Origin: a virus
Taxonomy: Duplodnaviria; Heunggongvirae; Uroviricota; Caudoviricetes
DNA length: 53,998 nucleotides
Direction: 5' to 3' (one strand)
Virus record (IMG/VR): IMGVR_UViG_2541047728_000014
Below, in pieces: positions 16,877 to 25,133 of the stretch. Both the position numbers and the translations under genes were made by a program. Numbering within the stretch: position 1 is the first letter of the stretch; every line of letters starts with the position of its first letter. A model generated the notes under the pieces. That model did no database searches. It was not told the DNA's origin and saw only the letters and a list, made by a program, of their open reading frames with translations.

Positions 16877-17631
16877 GCAGGGCTAAACATTGGTTAAATA
16901 ATTGGCTTAGAAGTTGGGTGGTGTGGTCGCTGTACGACGGCAGCGGGTACGCCGTTAAAGATTGGGCGGAAGCTGGATATAAGTGCTATTGCTTCAACTA
17001 TGACGGCGCAAATCACGGAGATTATGAAGGCGTTAAAATCATTCATCCAAATATTGAATACGTTAACGTCTGGATTGATAGCCATTTCCTGGTAATGTTC
17101 TCCCCTGAATTGTCTGTTTATCCAGAGCCTGACATTATCCTGGGCTTTCCTCCATGCGACGATCTCGCTGTGTCAGGCGCTCGCTGGTTCGTTGATAAAT
17201 ACAGGAAAGATCCTTGTTTTCAGAATAGGGCGGCAAGAAACGCAATGTTGGTTGAATCTCTGGCTAACATGTATAACGTGCCGTGGATGGTGGAGAATCC
17301 TGTTGGTGTGCTGTCAACGCTATGGCGTAAACCGGATTTTATCTTCAATCCTTGCGCTTACGGTGGCTACCTGCCGGAAGATGACAAGCATCCTGCTTTC
17401 CCTGATGTTTACCCACCGCGCGACGCGTACACGAAGAAAACTTGCATATGGTGCGGCAACGGATTCAGGCAGCCGCTTTTTAGACCTGTAGATCTTAACT
17501 CTGGTGATAACCCTGGGTGGGCGAAAACCGGAGGCAGGACGAAACGAACAAAGATGATCCGCTCACTAACACCGCGTGGCTTTGCCCGTGCTGTATTCCT
17601 GGCTAACCATGACCGCGTTTTATCGGACTGA
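16873..17631 (+). CDS. Truncated C5-cytosine-methyltransferase-like protein (PCD instead of PCQ, no obvious target-recognition domain)
   Basis: 252 aa; motif I-like LYDGSGY, motif IV-like ILGFPPCDDLAVSGARWF, motif VI-like MVENPVG with canonical spacing; CIWCGNG Cys pair near the C-terminus; too short for a canonical C5 MTase. Confidence 0.5.
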   Translation: MSRAKHWLNNWLRSWVVWSLYDGSGYAVKDWAEAGYKCYCFNYDGANHGDYEGVKIIHPNIEYVNVWIDSHFLVMFSPELSVYPEPDIILGFPPCDDLAVSGARWFVDKYRKDPCFQNRAARNAMLVESLANMYNVPWMVENPVGVLSTLWRKPDFIFNPCAYGGYLPEDDKHPAFPDVYPPRDAYTKKTCIWCGNGFRQPLFRPVDLNSGDNPGWAKTGGRTKRTKMIRSLTPRGFARAVFLANHDRVLSD

Positions 17632-17633
17632 AG

Positions 17634-17713
17634 TTTACAAAATGGCGTCATTGCGTGATATGGATCACATAATGGCGCTTTTCGCCTTGTTCTGGTGTAT
17701 CCATTTTGTATAC
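17634..17713. promoter_or_regulatory. Intergenic regulatory region: inverted pair of TTTACAAAATGG motifs flanking a CRP-like palindrome
   Basis: TTTACAAAATGG (17634-17645), GTGATATGGATCACA (17655-17669), CCATTTTGTATAC (17701-17713); between the MTase-like gene and the ninF-like gene. Confidence 0.45.
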
Positions 17714-17790
17714 TTCAAGCAAACAAAATGCTCTTTAAAAATCCGGCAGCGCTGAAATGCGTAGAAATCACCTGAAAAGGAGAGAGCATT

Positions 17791-17967
17791 ATGTCTTTTG
17801 ATGATTACCAATGGCATGACGACTATGAACGAGAAAGCGTTATGCGTGCAATGTGCAATGTATGCAGCACGAAGAAAGGAGGCTGTAACGAGTGCAACGA
17901 ATGCTTAGAACATTGGCTAAGGGCCGGACACGCCGAAAGGCTGAACGAAACAGAGAATCAAAAATAA
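17791..17967 (+). CDS. NinF-like small zinc-finger protein (58 aa)
   Basis: Hand-called ORF MSFDDYQWHDDYERESVMRAMCNVCSTKKGGCNECNECLEHWLRAGHAERLNETENQK; strong AGGAGA RBS; ESV.RA..C..C pattern and length resemble lambda NinF; directly upstream of ninG. Confidence 0.5.
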   Translation: MSFDDYQWHDDYERESVMRAMCNVCSTKKGGCNECNECLEHWLRAGHAERLNETENQK

Positions 17968-17981
17968 TCGGGGTGGTTTTT

Positions 17982-18587
17982 ATGCAAAACCCTAAAAAAC
18001 CCATAAGACGCCGTTGCAAATGCTGCGGCGTTTTTTTTGAGCCTAAATATCACAATCAAACGTGGTGCAGCGATGAATGTCTGGAAGAACTGAAGTTTGA
18101 CCAGCTATGCCGCGACCGTGAGAAGGCTATGAAGGCTATGGAGCGGAAGAAACGCCGTGATAGCCAGAGGGAAGAACGCAACCGGAAGCGTAAACAGTTA
18201 AATCCGCGTAGTTATTGGATCAAACAAGTTCAAAATGTATTTAACGCCTATATTCGCGAACGTGACGCGCGCTTGCCGTGTATATCTTGCGGGACTTACT
18301 ACGGTGAGCAATGCGGGTGGGATGCAGGTCATTACAGGACGGTAGCCGCCGCCGGACACCTTCGCTTCAACGAGGATAATTGCCATAAGCAATGTAGGCA
18401 CTGCAACCAGACACTAGACGGCAACATCGGAGGGTATCGCCCGGCGCTGATTCGAAAAATTGGCCTCGCCAGGGTGGTAGCTCTGGAGAACAACAACGAT
18501 ACGCATAAATGGACGATTGCAGAATGTAAGGAGCTAATAAACATCTATCAGGCGAAATTGGACGCCTTAAGGAGAAAGGCAGCATGA
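17982..18587 (+). CDS. ninG: NinG/Rap-like recombination protein
   Basis: ORF 17892..18587; start placed at MQNPKKPIRRRCKCCG; PRSYWIKQVQNVFNAYIRERDARLPCISCGT...WDAGHYRT.AAAGHLRFNE.N.HKQC..CNQ closely resembles lambda NinG as recalled. Confidence 0.8.
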   Translation: MQNPKKPIRRRCKCCGVFFEPKYHNQTWCSDECLEELKFDQLCRDREKAMKAMERKKRRDSQREERNRKRKQLNPRSYWIKQVQNVFNAYIRERDARLPCISCGTYYGEQCGWDAGHYRTVAAAGHLRFNEDNCHKQCRHCNQTLDGNIGGYRPALIRKIGLARVVALENNNDTHKWTIAECKELINIYQAKLDALRRKAA

Positions 18588-18991
18588 ATGAATATTCTTT
18601 TAGCCTGCCTTACCCGCCATCGAATAATCGCTATTACCGACATTCGCGCGGTTTTCACTATATCAGCAAAGTGGGGAAGGAATACAGGGAACAAGTAAGA
18701 GACATCATCGAGCTATTAAATTTAAATATTAACCTACCTTGCCGACTGGCAATTGCCATTTACGCCGCGCCGCCGGATAACCGGATCAGAGATCTGGATA
18801 ATATCCCTAAATGCCTTTTTGACAGCCTTACTTATGCCGGATTCTGGAGGGATGACGGGCAAATTGACTCAATAAAAATTGTCCGCTGCCGGAAGGTAAA
18901 AGGCGGACGCTTGTTTATTAAGATCCGCGAACGCGGCGACCTACTACCGGATATTGACGAATACGCGACTAATATGTGGGGTGAGCAATGA
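18584..18991 (+). CDS. rusA: RusA-family Holliday junction resolvase
   Basis: 135 aa; SFSLPYPPSNNRYYRH ... RDLDNIPKCLFDSLTYAGFWRDDGQI matches the RusA signature. Confidence 0.8.
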   Translation: MNEYSFSLPYPPSNNRYYRHSRGFHYISKVGKEYREQVRDIIELLNLNINLPCRLAIAIYAAPPDNRIRDLDNIPKCLFDSLTYAGFWRDDGQIDSIKIVRCRKVKGGRLFIKIRERGDLLPDIDEYATNMWGEQ

Positions 18992-19170
18992 AAAACGAAG
19001 TTAAAGATCTGCAAATAGATATTCAGCGCGACGAGCGTGATTTAGAGACGGTCCGACAAATCCAGGCTTTCCACATGCGCGAATTACTTGCGCTGAAAGA
19101 GTTCGAAAGAAAGCTGGTGCAATCCATTTCTGATCGTAAACGGCTGGCGGCGCGTTATGAGGGCAAATAA
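18988..19170 (+). CDS. Hypothetical small protein (60 aa)
   Basis: ORF overlapping the rusA stop and the Q start. Confidence 0.45.
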   Translation: MKNEVKDLQIDIQRDERDLETVRQIQAFHMRELLALKEFERKLVQSISDRKRLAARYEGK

Positions 19171-19898
19171 TGAATTTAGAATCCATTCTAAAATTCCACT
19201 TTCCTAAATCACCGCGATTATCTGACGAAAGCCGGGGCACGTCCCCGGACGCTCTTAATACGACGGATGCGCTAACCGCTGCGGGTATGGCGCAATCGCG
19301 CGTAGAGCTTGGATATGGCGCTTTTTTAGGGAAGATGGAACTATCACAAGCCGAAAAACATAGGGCCGTAGTTTTGCTTACAGAGCGTTTAAGGGCTATG
19401 GCGAAAGATTACGAATACGTGATGGAGTTAAACGAGGATCAGCGCAATGGACTTATTATTCTTGTTGCCGTTTTCGCGTTTCGGGATTATTGCCAGAGTG
19501 CGGCGACCGAAAAAGTTTGCCCTAAGTGCGGCGGCCACGGGCATTTACCAAATCCATATTGCAAATACACATCGACAATTTGTTCGCGGTGCAACGGCAA
19601 AGGCTACGTTAAAAACCATTGCCAACGTTGCAAGGGGCGCGGAGAAGTACCGGATAAAGCAGCCAGTGAAGCGGCGGAAATGCCAGTATTCAAAACGTGC
19701 CAGCATTGCGGCGGGCGCGGGTACTCGCGTTTCCCGGTAGATCTCGTCCGGCAGGCCGTTAACCAGCTTGTTTTCCCGGTAAGCAGATCAACATGGTGGA
19801 AGAAATACCGGGTTTTCTATGAAGACGCCATAGCGGAGCTATTCAAAGAAGAGGCCCGCGCGGAAAGCGAAATTAAACGAGTGACACGGGGTGAATAA
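19170..19898 (+). CDS. Q: Late-gene antiterminator Q (lambda Q family)
   Basis: 242 aa; N-terminus MNLESILKFHFPKSPRLSDESRGTSPDALNTTDALTAAGMAQS...FLGKMELSQAEK parallels lambda Q (MRLESVAKFHSPKSPMMSD...) as recalled; Cys-rich zinc-binding region with four CxxCxGxG units. Confidence 0.82.
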   Translation: MNLESILKFHFPKSPRLSDESRGTSPDALNTTDALTAAGMAQSRVELGYGAFLGKMELSQAEKHRAVVLLTERLRAMAKDYEYVMELNEDQRNGLIILVAVFAFRDYCQSAATEKVCPKCGGHGHLPNPYCKYTSTICSRCNGKGYVKNHCQRCKGRGEVPDKAASEAAEMPVFKTCQHCGGRGYSRFPVDLVRQAVNQLVFPVSRSTWWKKYRVFYEDAIAELFKEEARAESEIKRVTRGE

Positions 19899-20101
19899 TG
19901 GACAAGTTAGAAATAAACGATCAGTTTGCCGTTATCTTGTTCGAAGATAAAACGGGCGGCGCGTGGTGTAAGAAAGTAACTGGTGCAGAAGCGCGATTGA
20001 TATTGGGTATGGCAAGCGCATTAAACGAAGGCGAATTGCCAGCCGTACCTATTGAGCCTGTTCACATTTACGGGAGGAATAGAGAAGATGAAAATAATTA
20101 A
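19898..20101 (+). CDS. Hypothetical small protein (67 aa)
   Basis: ORF; ATG overlaps the Q stop (TAATG). Confidence 0.45.
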   Translation: MDKLEINDQFAVILFEDKTGGAWCKKVTGAEARLILGMASALNEGELPAVPIEPVHIYGRNREDENN

Positions 20102-20435
20102 TATCGGGTGGTTATATTGCGAAAACTGCGACGACGACGGCATGGTTGTTAAGACTGAAAAAGGTTGCGGCTTCTTTTTGTATCAAGGCGATAAGTTTGT
20201 TTGTCCGCGATGCGGTGGTCATGGTGAGATAGAAATTATTGAAGATAGTGCTACAGCACCAGAGCCGGAGCGCATTGTTCTTGACGAAAAAATAAAAATT
20301 CATCCTGATTTATTGCAGCAAATTATCGATCACATATCGGCAGCAGCAATCTATGCAGATAATAATTATCATCGTAAAATGAACGTAAAACGTGTTCTTG
20401 AGCAGTATTTCGAGGGTGGTGATAATGAAGCCTAA
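20088..20435 (+). CDS. Hypothetical Cys4 zinc-ribbon protein (115 aa)
   Basis: ORF 20052..20435; start placed at MKIINIGW (GGGAGG RBS); CENC...CPRCGGHG. Confidence 0.45.
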   Translation: MKIINIGWLYCENCDDDGMVVKTEKGCGFFLYQGDKFVCPRCGGHGEIEIIEDSATAPEPERIVLDEKIKIHPDLLQQIIDHISAAAIYADNNYHRKMNVKRVLEQYFEGGDNEA

Positions 20436-20694
20436 ATTAAAAGAACATGAATTCAGGGATCTTGTAAACGGAATAACTGATAAGTCCAGGACTTATTCAA
20501 ATACACAACAATTAAGGGCTGTGATAGTTACTGAATTAAGGAAATATATAGACCTAAGAGATCCGGTCGATGTTATGACGATGGACGAGGCCATCAAGCG
20601 CCGTTCGGCTGAATGGTCAGTGAGTAATACCGGATTAACCGGATATATTGAAGGCTATAACGACTGTTTACAGGATCATAGCGATGGCAAGTAA
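20425..20694 (+). CDS. Hypothetical protein (89 aa)
   Basis: ORF 20392..20694; start placed at MKPKLKEHE. Confidence 0.45.
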   Translation: MKPKLKEHEFRDLVNGITDKSRTYSNTQQLRAVIVTELRKYIDLRDPVDVMTMDEAIKRRSAEWSVSNTGLTGYIEGYNDCLQDHSDGK

Positions 20695-20992
20695 AGACCT
20701 GCATTTGAATCTGAAAGGGGAATACTTCCACGCCATCCGGGCGGGAAAGAAGGTGGAAGAATACAGGCTTTACAATGACTATTGGCGTAAACGCCTGGAG
20801 GGGCGGGAATATGAACGCCTGATCATTAAGCTGGGGTATCCAGCCAGCCACGAAGCGCACCGGATCATAAACCTGCCTTATTTCGGGTACGAAGTAAAAA
20901 CTATCACGCATCCATTATTCGGCCCTGATCCTGTTAAGGTATTCGCAATTAAATGTGATGTGAATTGGATGTTAAGGTGGGGTGAGCAATGA
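20684..20992 (+). CDS. Hypothetical protein (102 aa), possibly ASCH/PUA-like
   Basis: ORF 20648..20992; start placed at MASKDLHL; EYFHAIRAGKKVEEYR pattern is weakly reminiscent of ASCH-like folds; unverified. Confidence 0.4.
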   Translation: MASKDLHLNLKGEYFHAIRAGKKVEEYRLYNDYWRKRLEGREYERLIIKLGYPASHEAHRIINLPYFGYEVKTITHPLFGPDPVKVFAIKCDVNWMLRWGEQ

Positions 20993-21204
20993 AAAAAGCT
21001 GGCCTGTCAATCAGTCGTGTGTTGTGCGGCGACGAAAGCGAGATCCGCATAGAAATTAAATTTAGCACGGGTAAAGAGATAATTCTCTATACGACACCTG
21101 AAAACCTGACGCTGGCGCTTACTGGTAAATCTGAAACGCCGTGCGACGTCCGGTTGCGCAATATTGAGATTAAGGAAATAGGAAGGGTGAGAAATGAAAA
21201 GTAA
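20989..21204 (+). CDS. Hypothetical small protein (71 aa)
   Basis: ORF in operon packing. Confidence 0.45.
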   Translation: MKKAGLSISRVLCGDESEIRIEIKFSTGKEIILYTTPENLTLALTGKSETPCDVRLRNIEIKEIGRVRNEK

Positions 21205-21406
21205 CCGTAAACGCCTGGTAAGGTCATATGACAAAGCGTTAAAGGTTTTTGATGATCTGCGACACAATAAACGCCAGCGCCGCAAATGGGCGCGAATGCT
21301 TGTTGGTGAATGGCATAACGAAGATTTCTTTCTGGAAGCGCGGCACATGACGCAAGAAGACGCGGACCAATTAGCTTACGATAACGTTTATTATATGATG
21401 TGGTGA
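21194..21406 (+). CDS. Hypothetical small basic protein (70 aa)
   Basis: ORF in operon packing. Confidence 0.45.
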   Translation: MKSNRKRLVRSYDKALKVFDDLRHNKRQRRKWARMLVGEWHNEDFFLEARHMTQEDADQLAYDNVYYMMW

Positions 21407-21410
21407 CAAT

Positions 21411-21776
21411 ATGCAAATAATCCTTGATTACCTTTGCCACGCTGCAAATACAATTTTTGGCATGTATCAGCAACAATTCCTCAAAGAATGGGACGACATG
21501 CTGAATGATATCCTCGATAAAGGATTAATAATGGAGGTTGACGAGCTTACAATCAAATTTAATTATGAGGGTGAAATTTATCTAATTTGGGTCGGGAATA
21601 GATGGTATTCATACGGTCATATTTATTCAATTGGCGATAAATACATTAAACGAAGCCAGGAATTCAGACCGCGCTTCCGAACAATGCGCCGCCTGCATGA
21701 TCTGCATATGAAGTTATTCGAAGATCAGGAAGCACGGGAATTATTCAAAATTTACGGGGATAAATCATGGAGCTAA
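21411..21776 (+). CDS. Hypothetical protein (121 aa)
   Basis: ORF in operon packing. Confidence 0.45.
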   Translation: MQIILDYLCHAANTIFGMYQQQFLKEWDDMLNDILDKGLIMEVDELTIKFNYEGEIYLIWVGNRWYSYGHIYSIGDKYIKRSQEFRPRFRTMRRLHDLHMKLFEDQEARELFKIYGDKSWS

Positions 21777-21997
21777 AAATCTGGCAGGCTATCGACGTGG
21801 TTGATAACGAATTATCTATGTTTGCCACTGACGGAAAGCGCGTGGTGATCGCCACATGGACGCGCAACCATGATGATATTACTTTTCGTCGCAAGGCTGC
21901 GGAGTGGCTTTTCTCTGATGAAGGCTACACGATGAATATCTCCCAGCTTGCCAGAATGAAGGATGAAAAGCTGGTAGATAGTTACACGACTGCATAG
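21767..21997 (+). CDS. Hypothetical small protein (76 aa)
   Basis: ORF in operon packing. Confidence 0.45.
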   Translation: MELKIWQAIDVVDNELSMFATDGKRVVIATWTRNHDDITFRRKAAEWLFSDEGYTMNISQLARMKDEKLVDSYTTA

Positions 21998-22007
21998 TGG
22001 GGCAAAT

Positions 22008-22241
22008 ATGCGTATCTATGAACACAAGCGGGATAAAACCCGCTTTTTTGTTCGTGCTGGCGTGGCGTACCAGTATCACGAATGTGGATATATTGAGGTG
22101 CTTGCTTACAACCTGGATTTCGAACAAGAAAAAGAATGGTTTGACTTTAAGATTTACCGGAAGCGTAAACCGACGCGCGACGAGCGACACGCTATCCGGG
22201 ACTTTTTAATCAGCATAGACCGCTGGGAGACAGAGGAATGA
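22008..22241 (+). CDS. Hypothetical small protein (77 aa)
   Basis: ORF in operon packing. Confidence 0.45.
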   Translation: MRIYEHKRDKTRFFVRAGVAYQYHECGYIEVLAYNLDFEQEKEWFDFKIYRKRKPTRDERHAIRDFLISIDRWETEE

Positions 22242-22525
22242 GAGCGAAGAAAACAGCAGATCAGAAAGCGTTAGTTATCACTACAACTGATGTGTCGTTA
22301 TTCACGAAGGGTGAAGAAATAGATCTTAAATTACTTTTCGGCATGTTTGAGCCACACGAAAAGCCGTGGTTCGTGCATGAAGACAAACAGGGAAATATGC
22401 GCGTAGTAGTGCCGGACAAAAACAGCGACATATTTTTTGCTATTCCAGACCCGTTACATGACGGTGAATTGCTGGCGGTATTGTTGATCGCTGATGCTGT
22501 TACTTATAAAGGGAAAGAAATATGA
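22238..22525 (+). CDS. Hypothetical protein (95 aa)
   Basis: ORF in operon packing. Confidence 0.45.
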   Translation: MRAKKTADQKALVITTTDVSLFTKGEEIDLKLLFGMFEPHEKPWFVHEDKQGNMRVVVPDKNSDIFFAIPDPLHDGELLAVLLIADAVTYKGKEI

Positions 22526-22749
22526 AAGTTAAATTCTTGCACGATCACGGCTACCCATCATTAAAACGCGTGGTAGGGGAAACGGTAGACGTTGTTCATT
22601 CTGATGATGTGACCTGCGTCATTTTGGGTAAAGACCTTATCGCTCACGGTGCTGATGATTACTACATTAACCCGGCGTGGTCATATACGTTTAGCCTGGG
22701 CGACTTCGTAGGCGATAAGGGGCGCGGCTTGCAAGTAGTCGAGGGTTAA
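22522..22749 (+). CDS. Hypothetical small protein (75 aa)
   Basis: ORF in operon packing. Confidence 0.45.
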   Translation: MKVKFLHDHGYPSLKRVVGETVDVVHSDDVTCVILGKDLIAHGADDYYINPAWSYTFSLGDFVGDKGRGLQVVEG

Positions 22750-22753
22750 TATC

Positions 22754-22969
22754 ATGGACGTTTACGAAGATTTATACCTTCAAACAAATACCAGCACTTT
22801 TTATTTTTTGAAAAACGGCGTCGTATATCGCAGCGATGACGGGGTAATAATGAAAGAGTGGCTATTTAAACGCAAAGACCTACTTGATGACCTGGTTTTT
22901 GCCGGGATATTCCGTAAACGTCCGGCTAACCTGGAAGAAGAAATGCTGATCGACGAGGTATTAAAATGA
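22754..22969 (+). CDS. Hypothetical small protein (71 aa)
   Basis: ORF in operon packing. Confidence 0.45.
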   Translation: MDVYEDLYLQTNTSTFYFLKNGVVYRSDDGVIMKEWLFKRKDLLDDLVFAGIFRKRPANLEEEMLIDEVLK

Positions 22970-23211
22970 AAGTGAATTATTTCAGGGCAAAAGACAAGGC
23001 AACAGGAAAGCGGGTGGCTATCTTGGTTAATGAAGCAAATTATATGTTTGTTCTCCAGCCGTGGTGCATAGCTGACTATAACGATGATTATCGCCGTCAC
23101 GCTGCGCGGCGGGCGGTCGGGATGAAAGGCTGGCAGCCTCGCGACATGCTTAATTACTGCGACTGGAATCTGATAGCAAAATACACGGTCGATTATAAAG
23201 GGGTTTTCTGA
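22966..23211 (+). CDS. Hypothetical small protein (81 aa)
   Basis: ORF in operon packing. Confidence 0.45.
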   Translation: MKVNYFRAKDKATGKRVAILVNEANYMFVLQPWCIADYNDDYRRHAARRAVGMKGWQPRDMLNYCDWNLIAKYTVDYKGVF

Positions 23212-23423
23212 TGCAAGTTAAATGCTCATACTCAAGCAATGACAGTGTTTTCACGATTGGGAGTATTTATGACGTTCACATCGTTTATGGCAATGAAGCA
23301 CACACAATGAGTAATTGCCTTGCCTTGATTGATAATCATGACGAAATATGGGTATTCAGGCCGAGCTATGAAGGCGGTGAAATATCCGGTGTAGGTTTTG
23401 CTGCCAGCTTTGAACGTTATTAA
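23211..23423 (+). CDS. Hypothetical small protein, member 1 of a four-gene tandem paralogue family
   Basis: 70 aa; shares G.IY.V ... I(T/D)(D/N)HD(E/Q)(L/I)W.F pattern with the next three ORFs. Confidence 0.45.
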   Translation: MQVKCSYSSNDSVFTIGSIYDVHIVYGNEAHTMSNCLALIDNHDEIWVFRPSYEGGEISGVGFAASFERY

Positions 23424-23433
23424 AGGGGCAACA

Positions 23434-23691
23434 ATGAAACATTTATATTTTGAGGTATTGCAGACGCGCGACCGCAATATTTTTGAAGAAGGGAAGATCT
23501 ATTGCGGCGTTCAACTCCACGGCGCACCGGGCGGTGATGGTGCAATGGCGATAACTGGCGATGATGATAAAGTTTATTTCGCTTATGTTAGCCATATCAA
23601 TAACGCCGCTGGTTTGTATATTTATCGCATAGTGCATGATTTCCGTGAGATCGCGGAGTTTTGCGCCCGCGAAGGCAGTAAACCGGAATAA
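23434..23691 (+). CDS. Hypothetical small protein, paralogue family member 2
   Basis: ORF 23398..23691; start placed at MKHLYFEV; EGKIYCGV ... ITGDDDKVYFAY. Confidence 0.45.
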   Translation: MKHLYFEVLQTRDRNIFEEGKIYCGVQLHGAPGGDGAMAITGDDDKVYFAYVSHINNAAGLYIYRIVHDFREIAEFCAREGSKPE

Positions 23692-23701
23692 GTGAGGTGC
23701 T

Positions 23702-23938
23702 ATGAATCGGAAACATAGATACCAGTGCACATACTCACGATGCAGCGCGTTTTTTAAGAATGGCAAGATCTACGAGGTTGACGCGGCATTGGTTGACGCA
23801 AAGGATCAGGAATATATTCATGCCATTACTGACGACCATGGTCAGTTATGGCGATTTTATAAGATGGGGTATGGCACGGCACTTGTTTATGCGCGTGCTG
23901 GTGGTGCTTTTGCTGCGTTTTCGTATGTAGGGGTATGA
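23702..23938 (+). CDS. Hypothetical small protein, paralogue family member 3
   Basis: 78 aa; NGKIYEVDAALVDAKDQEYIHAITDDHGQLWRFYK. Confidence 0.45.
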   Translation: MNRKHRYQCTYSRCSAFFKNGKIYEVDAALVDAKDQEYIHAITDDHGQLWRFYKMGYGTALVYARAGGAFAAFSYVGV

Positions 23939-24159
23939 AAATGATTTTAACGTGTAACGAATCGAAATTAGGCTGTTTTGAAGAAGGCGCACAGTATACG
24001 GCTGAAAAACCGATGGGATTGTCTCCTAAATTGCCGTTTATCGTCGTTACTGACACTTACGGTCACTTATGGTATGCAGAGCCGCGCCGGGGAGCTGGTC
24101 GCTATGTTGTCCGTAGTTCGGATGGGGCGATGAAGGTTACTTTTACTGAAGAAACGTAA
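23935..24159 (+). CDS. Hypothetical small protein, paralogue family member 4
   Basis: 74 aa; EGAQYTAEKPMGLSPKLPFIVVTDTYGHLWYAEPR. Confidence 0.45.
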   Translation: MKMILTCNESKLGCFEEGAQYTAEKPMGLSPKLPFIVVTDTYGHLWYAEPRRGAGRYVVRSSDGAMKVTFTEET

Positions 24160-24160
24160 A

Positions 24161-24220
24161 TGTGATCTGTATCACAATGTTTACGAAATGGCATTGTTTC
24201 GGCAGTGCCATTTTGTTATA
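24161..24220. promoter_or_regulatory. Intergenic regulatory region: near-consensus CRP-like palindrome followed by an inverted motif pair
   Basis: AAATGTGATCTGTATCACAAT (palindrome 24161-24176) close to CRP consensus TGTGA-N6-TCACA; then GTTTACGAAATGGCA and TGCCATTTTGTTATATA (8-bp inverted repeat AAATGGCA/TGCCATTT); upstream of the gene starting at 24252. Confidence 0.5.
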
Positions 24221-24251
24221 TATAAGCCACTGAAAGACGGATGGCAAAATC

Positions 24252-24551
24252 ATGAAAAGCGATAAATTCATTGCGTGCTGTTTTGTTGAAGTGCCTAAAG
24301 GTGATGTTTTCTGTAATTATGAATTTAAAGACAGCTTAGGCAGATCTCACATTGTTGTTGGCAAACGTGGTGACTGGTTATATATCACTGATGGAGACAG
24401 GATCTTCACTAAAAACCAGTTGTTAATAATAAAGTCAAGAAATGATGAAATACAGGTCGGTATTATGGGGATCATAAGTTATCACGCCAGTTTATTGTTA
24501 AAACACGATGTGGTAAATAAAGCGCGTAGCTTACCTGGTGCTGAATTTTAA
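24252..24551 (+). CDS. Hypothetical protein (99 aa)
   Basis: ORF after the intergenic regulatory region; GKRGDWLYITDGDRIF is weakly similar to the upstream paralogue family. Confidence 0.5.
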   Translation: MKSDKFIACCFVEVPKGDVFCNYEFKDSLGRSHIVVGKRGDWLYITDGDRIFTKNQLLIIKSRNDEIQVGIMGIISYHASLLLKHDVVNKARSLPGAEF

Positions 24552-24574
24552 TTCCTTACGAAGGAGAATAATCA

Positions 24575-24898
24575 ATGTCTAAATTTATCAGTGTTAAAGT
24601 TTTCCGTGGATCTTTTCCAGAAGATAAAGAAATTGGACAATTCGCAGGTAAACGCGGCGCATGTTTCCGTGTGGCTACTGAAGACGACGCGCACGTTAAA
24701 TGCTTCCACGTATCTGAACCGCCTTTTGACGCAGACCATCTTGAAGACCTGGATAGAATTAAAAGCCTAGTTTTTGCCTATCTGATGTTCCAGGGTATCG
24801 CTGATATGGAAGTGGAATTGCTTGGCGCGGAACTGGTTGCAGAATACAAAATAACAGAATCGGAAGACGGGGGATCGAAAATTGAGCGCATCAAATAA
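24575..24898 (+). CDS. Hypothetical protein (107 aa)
   Basis: ORF with a GGAG-type RBS. Confidence 0.5.
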   Translation: MSKFISVKVFRGSFPEDKEIGQFAGKRGACFRVATEDDAHVKCFHVSEPPFDADHLEDLDRIKSLVFAYLMFQGIADMEVELLGAELVAEYKITESEDGGSKIERIK

Positions 24899-25133
24899 AC
24901 CTTACAAAATCCGGTGTAAGGGAGAGTATCCGGGATTTACGATTGGGTGTGAATACCTGGGCTGTATGGGGTATGGCCCTTTTGGTGAATTAGGGATGAA
25001 TACGATTGACGACGACAGCGACAACAGGACGCTTGATCTTGATTCTGATGATTTCGAATACATCCCGCCAGTAACTTACCGCGTAGTTGATTATTTCCTA
25101 GCTGAACAAGAAGGCGAGGGCGATGATGATTGA
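24882..25133 (+). CDS. Hypothetical acidic protein (83 aa; start uncertain)
   Basis: ORF opens with TTG; Asp/Glu-rich C-terminus (EQEGEGDDD). Confidence 0.35.
   Translation: MSASNKPYKIRCKGEYPGFTIGCEYLGCMGYGPFGELGMNTIDDDSDNRTLDLDSDDFEYIPPVTYRVVDYFLAEQEGEGDDD

Noticed and set aside
16873-17631. C5-MTase-like protein considered as a DpdA (tRNA-guanine transglycosylase-like) 7-deazaguanine DNA modification enzyme because of the neighbouring transporter-like gene
   Set aside because: Motif order (glycine-rich loop, PC, ENP) matches the methyltransferase fold, not the TGT TIM-barrel with its CxCxxC..H zinc site; length of 252 aa is too short for DpdA.
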